Source: Paraspadella gotoi (taxonomy: Eukaryota; Animalia; Chaetognatha). From it: a DNA stretch of 64,000 nt. Where the stretch lies: assembly GCA_051294375.1 (NCBI GenBank), contig CM119271.1:10729376-10793375 (forward strand). Direction: 5' to 3'. The position numbers were made by a program, and so were the translations under genes. Of this stretch, positions 26,301 through 38,400 are shown one piece after another (position 1 is the first letter of the stretch; each line of letters starts with the position of its first letter). The notes below the pieces were generated by a model. The model made no database searches, was not told the DNA's origin, and saw only the letters and a list, made by a program, of their open reading frames with translations.

Positions 26301-29169
26301 CTGGTCAACCGATTAAAGCTTAAATCCAAGTAATTCAACTTTTCGAGACCCACGAACGTAGAGTCGTTGATGTCATCGAGTTGGTTATGTCTTAAACTCA
26401 TCGATTGCAGGGATCGAGTCCTTTCAAAGGCACCCCTTTCCACGAAAGACATACCCAGATTTTCCATTCTCAAAATCTCCAAGCGAGTGAGATTGGAAAG
26501 GAGTCGACTCGTGATGCCACCAACGTTTCCATCGTGAAGCCGAATGACCCTCACGTTCGGCATCTCGGCGAAGAATGAATCGTTGAGCGAACCGAATCCG
26601 AAAACGGTGATCTTGGAGAGTTTTTTGTGAAATCCCGGAAGGCTCGTGAGATTCACGGGAAATAGAAACTTGAACCTCGCGTGTTCCAATCCTTGAAAAG
26701 GAGGGAAGTCCTCCATTTTTATTCGAACGTTCTCGTCCGTTTCCAAATAGAGAATCTTGAGTCTCGTCAAGTCGCCGAGAAAGTCGAGAGTCCGGAGTCG
26801 GTTGCCCGTGAGGAAGAGAGTCCTCAATCTTTTGACGCCGCTGAATGCGTCGAACGGGAGGCGCCGAAGACGGTTCCAGCTCAAATTGATGACGTTCAAC
26901 ACGGTCAAGTTTTGAAATTGCGTCGTTATTTCGGATATTTCGTTTCGGTTCAAGTCGATGTATCTCAGTCGTGAGAATTTGAAAGCTTCGGTTCCGATTC
27001 GCGAAATGGAATTGTTGAAGAAAATAATTTTCTGCAAAGAGGGAAACTCGGAGAGAAAGTCGGACCCGAGCGTCTTCAGCCCGGCGGCGTAAAAACTCAC
27101 GTCCGAGGTTTGCGCGAACGCATGGGGCCGGAAACAATTCTTGAGGTTGGGGCATTTGGAATTGTCCGTGGACACGTTGGCCATGATCCTTTCGTCGAGC
27201 GCCTCGCAACCGCGCAGCGGCTTTTGACCCGTGGACCCGATCCAATGGCAGAAGAAGGTCGTGTATTTCGTGCGATGATGCGTGCCTTTTTGAATGTGGC
27301 AGGTTAGCCGACATTTGGTCGACTGGATAGATGGCGGCTTAGAGATTAGTAAGAGAGAGAAGAATAGCGAAAAACGTGAGACGAGAAGAGAAGTCAACAT
27401 TTTTTTTGCGGGGGGGGGGGGAAGATCGCGATAAGAATGGCGACGACGACGATTCAAAGAGAAATTTATTTATTTTATCGAAATTTATTTATTTTCAGTG
27501 GATTTGTAAACGGGACGAAGTAAAAATTGAGATATCGAGTCTGTGCGGGCGGCTTTTTATATTGGTTTTATCAATTTCATAAAAAGAAAAAAAAGAAAAC
27601 AATACTGGGAAATCGATATAAAAAACATTTGAAGTGATTTATCACTACATTACAATGAGGAAATAGTTCAGGATCAGTTGTTATTTCTTTCTAATTTGTT
27701 ATAATTGTCTCGACTCATTCGGTTAAAATAGTAATTGATTTATCGTTGTCATTACGCGGGTCCCGAACTATACGCCGGTGTCCACTATTCACTTTTTTGA
27801 TTTTAATCAATTGATTCATCTCATATCGCTCGGCAAGTCGTTTATATTTTGATATCTGCGGCCACTTCAAGCAGTCAAATCATAATACGAAAAAAACCAT
27901 CTATTTAGGCCTGAAGAAATGAGACGTCAAGCTCTAATGAACTCGGCCACTCAGACGGCAATGAAATCAATGAACAAAAAGCCAATTTTAAAGCCTTAAT
28001 CCAAATCAAAGACTTTTGTTTTTTGAATCAAATTTCATTCATCCTCCTGAAGATGTCTCAATCAATTTGATTTTGTTTATTGACACTTTACTTTATTAAT
28101 TGATCTTTTGAAATGAATCAGACTGAATTTTACCTTTTTAATTGAATAAACTGATTACCAAATTACTCAACATGTTTTTAATCAACTTTTCTTAATGTAA
28201 ACAATACATTTATAAGTAGAAAAAACTTTGTATCACAAAAAGTAAATTCTTCATTAACAAAGTCAATTCAAATCCAACGTTATACTTTCCCTGCTATGAG
28301 ACTATGATAAACATCTGTCTAACCATCTTAGCCGTCTAACGTTCTGTCACGGTCATCTGTCACGCCGTGACACGGTCACCGGCTTCCCGATACCTTACCA
28401 CATATATGACATTAATATGTCAACCACCTTCACAGATCGACAATCTACGGTCTACCAATACGGGATTAACAATCCAAAATTTACACTCCGAGAACGTCAA
28501 TCAGATTGTCTCTCTCTCGCTCACGCTCACGTTATTGATGGACGAGCCTTCGTTTCAACGCACGATGCCACTCTTTGCTTTCCCAAATATATATCTCGCA
28601 TGCTACTCGTTAGATCTCGTAAATGAACTATTCTTCCGTCTCTTTGGAATCTAAACTATGATGGTGTGATTATTAATTAGTATCAATAATACACGTCAAT
28701 CACACCAAATTATTTCTTGAACTGTAATTCATTATCGGAGTTGAACGAAAAAAAAACCTTTCGCCAGAGGCGTCACCGAGTCGCTGTTAATCGTATCTTG
28801 ATTATGATCTATGGAAAAAAAAACGAAATCTTTTTCGAAAGACTTAAATAAATTGTATTCTACCCTACACTTTTACAGTAGAGAACAATGTATAATTTGT
28901 ATTTTGACTCCGAAATATAATTAAAAATATGTTCATTACTGTATGAGTATATGAACAATTGTACATGTTTAACGATTTATGTTTCGCATTTTGATTCCAT
29001 TCAAAAATTAAAAAAAAAATCATTCAGCCCTGGTGAGCAGATCCGATAAAAAACGCACCACAAATTCACCATTGATCACAAGAAAATTCACCGATAACTT
29101 TGGCGATTCTTTGGCGGCAGCGGCGACGACGACGACAACAACAACAACAACAACAACAAGGATTTTCAT
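23339..29169 (-). CDS. LRR receptor-pseudokinase-KEN (RNase L/IRE1-like ribonuclease)-ubiquitin-like protein
   Basis: A single large exon (~23339-27337) encodes >20 LxxLxLxxN repeats, an LRRCT (GGNRWECSKC..FRC..C), a TM (~25010-25063), a degenerate kinase (HDNILRLHG, HLDVTTET, KVGNFS), KEN (YKIVKVGDLIKIVRNIISH..FDAYFSNLFPYL) and a Ub-like C-terminus. The likely first exon is 29092-29169 (MKILV11AAAAKESPKLS, phase 0), joining the acceptor CTAATCTCTAAG. An alternative unspliced start is the ATG at 27400. Confidence 0.9.
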
Positions 29170-29476
29170 GATCGTGAGCGAGGGACGAGATCGAGAGATC
29201 TTTCACAAAAAAAAAAAAGATAGTAAAAATCGTTGTCCTCGCCTCCGCCAAATTTCCTCCAAATAAGTTGCAGAAATGTCACGAATTTTGATAGAAAAAA
29301 ACAAAGACTTAAATTATGACGTGATTCATACGTTCAAATGGAGCGACGCAATATATATATTGCATTTTCACATATAATTAAAGACGTTCTTTTTATACAA
29401 TTAAAACATTCTCTGAAATATTAAACTACTACTCATTGATAGGGAAGCCAGGTTTTCACAACCAATTTTTTTTGTC

Positions 29477-32400
29477 TCATTTTTGAAACTTGGCGATGCT
29501 GTATCTGGTCGAAAGAACAACTCCGGGAGATTTTCGAATGCTGTTGTTGTTGTTGTTGTTGTTGTTGTCGTCGTCGTCGATGGAGGCCGCGAAGTCGACG
29601 TTTATTTCTTCGTACAATCTGTTCGTCTGTCCTTCATGTCCGAACATCTCGTAAGGATGATCTGTGATTCGTCAAAATGTGAAAATTTGCCAAATTGTCA
29701 CGTGAAGAAAATGGAATATGAGAATCCAATTACTAAACAACTAAAAGCCATAATAATAAGTCTTTTTTAATTTAATTTTAGAAAAGAGTTCGAAAGTATT
29801 TTTTTCCCAAATTTTTCAGATCTTAAACCTAATCCATAATGTCTAACCTAATCCTTAATCCTTTACACATAATCCCTAACCAAATCATTAACCAAATCCA
29901 TAATGTCTAACCTAATCCTTAATCCTTTACACTGAATCCCTAATTAAATCATTAACCTTAAGAATCCTTAGCCTTAATTTCTAACCGGCTTTCTTTTCCC
30001 AGTGTGTTGTAGTTTGTTTTTTCCCCAGAATTTAATTTTAACCATAATATTTAACCTAAATATCTTTTTAAACTTTTAAATCTAACCTTCATCCTTAACC
30101 CTAATCCTAAACCCTTTCCCTAATTTCTAACCCTAACCGCTAAACCTAAATGATAATCCCTAACCTAAATCCTTAACCAAGTCCCTAACCTTAATCACTA
30201 ACCCTTAACCTCACCTAATCTTTAATCCAATCTTTAACTAAAAAAAAAAAATCTAATTCCTAATTTAAGGTAAAATGGGGCGTTTAGTTTTATTTAATTT
30301 TATTTAATTTAATTTTTTTTGTTGAAAATTATCGTCACTTTCCCCGGTTTACCTCGATTCTTACTCCTTCGCCTCCTCAAGCAGACGATTCCCAGAATGA
30401 GGACGATGACCACGAAAACGACCACGCTGACCACAGCGGCGATTGTGGTCGTGGAGGAAACAGCCGCCGGTGGTTCTGTAAAAGTCGCTGGAAAAAATAA
30501 AATGGATCAAAATATTAACCTTTCGCTTCTCCCCCGGAAAAAAGTATTGTCTTGTGGCGGTATATTCACACCGCCTCACATCTACCATCCTTCAGCCAAT
30601 ACCATTGGCTCAGAGGGGGAACGCACCATCCCAATCGTTGCGTTGGATCCACAGTCCTTACGACTTCCCTCTGCGTTAGCAAAGCGAGTCCGTCCTAGGG
30701 TAACCGCGCCAGTGACTGGAGGCGTCACTGAAGGTCGGAAGCCCACAACAGTGAGAAGCCCCATCCTAATGGGCATCACAGGCAACCCGACTGTTGCCTT
30801 AGTCTACACATTCTGGTACATGTGTCATTAATCACAAAATTTAATATTCAAGTTTACCTCGTATTTTTACATCGATCTGCTTCACGAGCATTACAGCACC
30901 TGAGGTAAACGTAAACGTTTGAAAAGTAACATTTTGAAAAAATGTTATTATTAAAAATTTGTACCATAAGGAGAAGTGAGCTTGACTTTTCCTTCTTTTA
31001 TCTGGGATTTGAAACTTTCAATGCTCGCGGATTCGCCAACCTGAAAATCATTAAGTTGTAGCAGTTGTTATTACTGTTATTACGCGCGTTGGAAAATAAA
31101 GAAAGCAAAATAAAACATCTTAACGTTGTTGATATTAAGTTACCTTGAACCTAACAATCACTGATCCGGGTAGAACCTCGACGTTGAGTACTTCATTATC
31201 AGAGATCCCCAATGATGTGGCAATCTTTAAAGTGAAAAATAACAAAAAATGTAAAAAAAAAAAGTCATAGCATATTCTAACTTTAAAAAATTTTAGAGAC
31301 AAGCCTGGGGTTTGAGATGAGATATAAATTCTTCTTTATTTCGCACAACTTTAGTAAAATTTGCGTCGAGTGTTAATGTAACATCGATGAGATTTTGCGT
31401 TGGTTTCTTAACTGTAATGTAATATGTAAACTAACGAAGAATTCAAAGATAAAATTTTACAATAAAAGACCTCAGTATTTTATTTTTATTCGGAAATAGA
31501 GGTCAAATTTAAAAACAATTTCTGTATTATACCATATTCGCAAGTTTTTCCATCCCAACCCGGACGACAAGAGCAATTAAAGGAATGCCCAAGCTTCAAG
31601 CACGTCCCTCCATTTTGACAAGGGTTCCAAAGGCAGAGGTTAATTGCTGCGGAATAAATCACTGAAACTTTATAAAGGCAATAATCACATAGAACCAGCT
31701 CTAATGAGCTTATTAGTTTTTCTTAATAGTTTGAGAACTATAGTTATTTTACAAAATTTAGCAAATTAATATTTTCTCTATTCTATTCTTAAAAAAGAAA
31801 TTAATTTACCATCTTCACAAGTTAATCCCTCCCATCCAGCGAGACAAGAGCAATTGTAAGAATGTTCATAATTGAAACATGTTCCCCCATTCTTGCAAGG
31901 GTTGGAGGAACAGTGATTTATCGCTGTCAAGCAAAACATGTATTTATTGGGTGCCTTTTCTTGGAGACACAGATTATCTGGGTACCTTCGGAACAGTTTT
32001 GTCCCTCCCATCCAACGGTACAGGAGCAATTATAGAAACTCTTGAAGTTGTTACAAGTTGCTCCATTTAAACAAGGGTTTTTGATGCACCAATTACGTTC
32101 TAAAAACATTTTCATTGTTCAATAACCTAAAATATTTTCAATAAAAGACGTTTTTCGTTAAATTACCATTTTCACATGTTTGTCCCTCCCATCCAGGAAG
32201 GCATGAGCAACTGAATGAATCACCAAGATTTAAGCATAAGCCCCCATTTTTGCAAGGTTGTGAGGAACACTGGTTAATCGCTTGGGAACAAATCATAATT
32301 TTAACTGCACATAAATTTACTAAATTGTTAAATATAATTTTTTAATATTAATACCTTCAGAACAATTTTGCCCCTTCCATCCAGTAGAGCAAGAGCAGTT

Positions 32401-35400
32401 GTAGAAATTCCTAAAGTTATTACAAGTTCCTCCATTCAGGCAAGGATTATATAGGCAGAAATTTTTTTCTGTGTGAGAATTTTGATTTATTATTAAAAAA
32501 ATCAACATTTTTTTAGTTTTATTTTTAAGATTAATTTTATTTTAACACTTTATTTAATATTTAACACTTTATTATATTTTAAACTTTAATATTTTACACT
32601 TTAATTAATATTTTAAAAATTTTTCAAAGGATATTACCAGTCTCACAAGTTGGTCCCTCCCATTCGGATGGACAAGAGCAATTAAAAGAAGTCAAATCAT
32701 TAAAACATGATCCTCCATTTTTGCAAGGGTTTGAATAACAGAGATTTATGGCTGAGTAAAAAAAAATTTGTGGTTAAAATTCAAACCTTCATGTGTGACT
32801 ATTCATAAGTTTACCTACTGAACAGTTTTGCCCTTTCCAACCACTGGCACAGGAGCAATTGTAAAAGCTTTTATAGTTATGACAAGTTGCACCATTGAAA
32901 CAAGGATTGGAGGTGCACCAATTCTGATCTGATTTGATAAGATATGATTTTAAATGGTATAAACTTTATTTTAAATATTTAACATAATTGAGAAAGTTTA
33001 TGATTGAAGGAATTAACCCTTTTCACAAGTTGGTCCCTCCCATCCAAATAGGCAAGAGCAATTAAAAAAAAATTTGTAACTAGAGCATAATCCTCCATTT
33101 TTACAAGGGTTTGAATAGCAGTTGTCAATCACTGTAAAAATGCTAAATTTTTTGTCTACTTTTGTGATAAGATAGAGCTAGATTATTACCTTCAGAACAG
33201 TTTTTTCCTTTCCAGCCAGGAGAACATGTACAATTGTAGAAGTTCTTGAAGTTGTTACAAGTGGCTCCATTTAAACAAGGATTAGACTTGCAAAAATTAT
33301 TCTCTAACATTGGATTTAAAAATTGGTTGATTGATCATATTTCTAGGTTATTTTTATTTAATAGATATAAACAAAAATACATTCTTTTAAAACCTTAATT
33401 TACCAATCTCGCAGGTCGGTCCCTTCCAGCCAGAAAGACAAGAACAGTTGAATGAATTCTCTGCATTATAACAAATTCCCTGATTTTTGCAAGGATTGGA
33501 GTAACAATGATTAACAACTGTTAAGTAGAACATGGTCTCTTTTAGCAAACATGAAGAGGTTTTTTTTGAAATATTCAGATTTAAATTTTTGTACCTTCTG
33601 AACAGTTTTGCCCCTCCCATCCAATAGCACAGGAACAATTGTAAAAGCTCTTAAAGTTGTTGCATGTAGCTCCATTTAAACAAGGATTTGAGATGCACCA
33701 GTTTAGTTCTAAAAATGTTTCTCTTTAGTATCTTAATAAAAAACAATATAATATTACTAAATTTATTTACCTCTCTCACATGTTGGTCCTTCCCATCCAG
33801 AGATGCAAGAGCAATTAAAAGAATTTATATAGTTAGAACATGATCCTCCATTTTTACAAGGGTTTGAATAACAGTGATTCATGGCTGAGAAACAAAACAT
33901 TTTTTTTGTGTTGAGACATCAAACACAGCTTGCACTACAATTCATGAGTTTACCTTCTGAACAATTTTGGCCTTCCCATNNNNNNNNNNNNNNNNNNNNN
34001 NNNNTCCTGCTTTGTTCATATGCACTTGCTCCTCTGGTTGGACAGGAGATAATTGCACAGAAGGTAATATTTTTAACAAAAGAATCCGGTTAACTCTAAT
34101 ACTTATTTCAAATATCCTGATTATAAATAAATTAATACAGCTCATGATATTTAAAAGTAGTCAGACAAGTTCTTATGAAATTGGTACAACCAATATAAAA
34201 TTATCCATTCATTTAATAAATAAGCTATCTTGCCCCTGACTTTGGACAGGCTTTGGTGGTTTAAGGCCTCCATCACTCTTACAAGATAATGACATAGCAG
34301 GTCCCTGCAAGCTTTCAATAAAGACTCTCTCACAGTCTCGTTTATTCACTCCCAGAGTACCTGGCTCCCCTATCAATGAAGTGGAAAATATTTCAAAGAA
34401 TGTTTCAATTGTATGAAAAGACCACTCCCTTAAGTATAGATCGGGGAATACTTATTTACTCCGCACTAGCATCAAAATACAAGGAGCTGAATTTATTAAA
34501 TTGGTACAACCATATAAAATTATCCATTCATTTAATAAATAAGCTATCTTGCCCTGACTTTGGACAGGCTTTGGTGCTTTAGGCCTCCATACTCTTACAA
34601 GATAATGACATAGCAGGTCCCTGCAAGCTTTCAATCAAGACTCTCTCACAGTCTATTTATTCACTCCCAGAGTACCTGGCTTCCCTATCAATGAAGTGGA
34701 AAATATTCAAAGAATGTTTCAATTGTATGAAAAGACCACTCCCTTAAGTATTAGATCGGGAATACTTATTGTACTCCGCCACTAGCATCAAAATACAAGG
34801 AGCTGAATTTTATTTTATTTTTCTTATTGGCTCGTAGATCAGTACCACTAAATTTAAATTATAAAATCTTTTATCTACAGTGATGAACAATTGTCAATCA
34901 AACCCTTGTAAAAATGGAGGGTTATGCTTTAATAATAAAGATTATTTTAATTGCTCATGCCTGTCGGGATGGGAGGGACCAACTTGTGAAAGGGTTAAGT
35001 TATATAAACAGTAAACTTTTTGATTTATTTTGTTAATATTTGAATCATGTCACCTCAAATTAGAACGAAATTTGTGCATCTCCAATCCTTGTTTCAATGG
35101 AGCAACTTGTAACAACTTCAAAGACTATACAACTGCTCTTGTGCCAGTGGATGGGAAGGCCAAAATTGTTCAGAAGGTAAACTCATGAATCGTAGCGCAA
35201 GCTGTGTTTGATGTCTCAACACAAAAAAATGTTTTGTTCCTCAGCCATAAATCACTGTTATTCAAACTCTTGCAAAAATGGAGGATCATGTTCTAACTAT
35301 ATAAAATTCTTTTAATTGCTCTTGCATCTTTATGAAAACAGTAATTTACTTGGTCATGGTTTTCAGAAAAATCTAAAACACATTATTTGATCAAATTTGC

Positions 35401-38400
35401 GATTTTTTTCCTTGAATACAATTTAATACAGAAAGAAATCTCTGCAAATCCAATCCTTGCCTGAATGGAGCAACTTGCAACAACTTTAGGAATTTCTACA
35501 ATTGCTCTTGTTCCAATGGATGGAATGGACAAAATTGTTCTGAAGGTATTGATGGAGAATACAAACTAGGTAAATACTCAATTATAATTTGTTTTTGTTC
35601 TTTAGCCATAAATCATTGTGCATCCATCCTTGCAAGAACGGAGGTTTATGCTCTGATAATTTTGATTCATTCAATTGCTCTGTCCTTCCTGGATGGGAGG
35701 GGACAACATGTGAAAAAGGTAAATATTTTTTTATAAAGTAAATTCTTATAAAAAAAATAAAAAAAACTATTCTTTTCATTACTAGAAATAATACAGTAAT
35801 TAATTTAAATGCCGTAAAGATAGTACTGAATAAGAAGAAAATTCTTTTAGAACGAAACTGGTGCATTTCAAAACCCTTGTTTAAATGGAGCAACTTGTTA
35901 CAATTACAAGAGCTTTTATAATTGCTCCTGTATTGTTGGATGGGAGGGCCAAAACTGCTCAGAAGGTACCATGAAAATTTTATTTTCTTTTTAACTGACA
36001 ACAATTATTTTGATTTATAGTCAAAAAAACACTGTTTATCAAACCTTTTAAAAATTTAGACATGTATTATTAAAGAAAGTTTTCTCATTTAGTAACTAAT
36101 TTGTGCAAGTCTAATCCTTGTTTGAATGGAGCAACTTGCAACAATTTTAAAAGCTTCTACAATTGCACTTGCTCCCCTGGCTGGAAGGGAAAAAAAATGT
36201 TCTAAAGGTAATACTCATTTTTAGATCTATAAGTTGTATATTGTAATCAGATAAAGAGCTTAAAAAATGTTTAAACTTTATTTATTTAAGTGATAAACAA
36301 CTGTTACCCAAATCCCTGTAAAAATGGAGGAGTATGCTCTAACTATAAAAATTATTTCAATTGCTCTTGCCTCTCTGGATGGCGAGGACTAACTTGTGAA
36401 GATGGTGAGTAACATCATTAGAAAAATATTATTTTTAAATTTATATACCTGTCACCTTAAATCAGAACAAAATTTGTGCATCTCCAATCCTTGTTTCAAT
36501 GGAGCAACTTGTAACAACTTCAAAGACTATTACAACTGCTCTTGTGCCAGTGGATGGGAAGGCCAAAATTGTTCAAAAGGGTAAACTCAAGAATGTAGCA
36601 CAAGAATTGATTGATGTCTCAATACAAAAAAAATTTTGTTCTTCAGCAATAAATTTATGTTACTCAAACCCTTGCAAAAATGGAGGATCATGTTCTAACT
36701 ACATAAAATTCTTTTAATTGCTCTTGCATCTCTGGATGGAAGGACCAACTTGTGGAAAACAGTAATTTACTTTGTCATGGTTTTCAGAAAAATCTAAAAC
36801 ACATTATCTGCCCAAGAACTTGATCAAAACTTGCAATTTTATTCCTTGAATACAATTTAATACAGAAAGAAATCTCTGCAAATCCAATCCTTGCCTGAAT
36901 GGAGCAACTTGCAACAACTTAGAATTTCTACAATGCTCTTGTTCCAATGGATGGAAGGGACAAAATTGTTCTGAAGGTATTGATGGAGAATACAAACTTG
37001 GTAAAGACCCAATTATTAATTTGTTTTGTTCTTTAGCCATAAATCATTGTGCATCTCATCCTTGCAAGAATGGAGGTTTATGCTCTGATAATTTATATTC
37101 ATTCAATTGTTCATGCCTTCCTGGATGGGAGGGGCCTACATGTGAAAAAGGTAAATATTTTTTTATGAAGTAAATTTCTATAAATAAAATAAAAGAACTA
37201 TTTTTATCATTACTAGAAGTATAGTAATTCATTTTATTGCTGTTAATAGATAGTAATGAATAACAAAAAAAAATATTTTAGAACAAAACTGGTGCATTTC
37301 AAATCCTTGTTTAAATGGAGCAACTTGTTACTGATTACAAGAGCTTTTATAATTGCTCCTGTACTGTTGGATGGGAGGGCCAAAACTGCTCAGAAGGTAC
37401 CATGAAAATTTTTATTTCTTTTTAACTGACAACAATATTTTGATTTATAGTCAAAAAACACTGTTTATCAAACCTTTGTTAAAATTTAGACATGTATTAT
37501 TAAAGAAAGTTTTCTATTTAGTAACTAATTTGTGCAAGTCTAATCCTTGTTTGAATGGAGCAACTTGCAACAATTTTAAAAGCTTCTACAATTGTACTTG
37601 CTCCCCTGGCTGGAAGGGAAAAAACTGTTCTAAAGGTAATATTCATTTTTTAGATCTATAAGTTTGTAAATTGTAATCAGATAAAGAGCTTAAAAATGTT
37701 TAAACTTTATTTATTTAAGTGATAAACAACTGTTACCCAAATCCCTGTAAAAATGGAGGAGTATGCTCTAACTATAAAAATTATTTCAATTGCTCTTGCC
37801 TCTCTGGATGGCGAGGACTAACTTGTGAAGATGGTGAGTAACATCAATAGTAAAGATTTTTTTAAAATGTAATATCCTCTCACCTTAAATCAGAACAAAA
37901 TTTGTGCATCTCTAATCCTTGTTTCAATGGAGCAACTTTGTAACAACTTCAAAGACTATTACAACTGCTCTGTGCAGTGGATAGTTGTTTATCACTTAAA
38001 TAAATAAAGTTTAAACATTTTTAAGCTCTTTATCTGATTACAATTTACAACTTATAGATCTAAAAATGAATATTACCTTTAGAACAGTTTTTTCCCTTCC
38101 AGCCAGGGGANNNNNNNNNNNNNNNNNNNNNNNNNNNNNNNNNNNNNNNNNNNNNNNNNNNNNNNNNNNNNNNNNNNNNNNNNNNNNNNNNNNNNNNNNN
38201 NNNNNNNNNNNNNNNNNNNNNNNNNNNNNNNNNNNNNNNNNNNNNNNNNNNNNNNNNNNNNNNNNNNNNNNNNNNNNNNNNNNNNNNNNNNNNNNNNNNN
38301 NNNNNNNNNNNNNNNNNNNNNNNNNNNNNNNNNNNNNNNNNNNNNNNNNNNNNNNNNNNNNNNNNNNNCATGGTACCTTCTGAGCAGTTTTGGCCCTCCC

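Noticed and set aside
23339-27457. Canonical TLR or canonical IRE1
   Set aside because: No TIR domain; the ectodomain is LRR rather than the IRE1 luminal domain; the kinase motifs are degenerate.
27338-27457. ORF-track N-terminus MNRRRRHS...FSLLLISK
   Set aside because: It starts at a non-ATG codon, and the hydrophobic stretch reads as a polypyrimidine tract with branch point and AG. A spliced first exon fits better, though the ATG at 27400 is not excluded.
29820-30265. Telomere
   Set aside because: Highly degenerate, short and intronic.
18229-33979. Gene A EGF-TM exons splicing on to the gene B ankyrin exon to rebuild a Notch-like order
   Set aside because: Gene A has its own terminal exon and stop, gene B has its own start and signal exons, and a whole gene lies between them.
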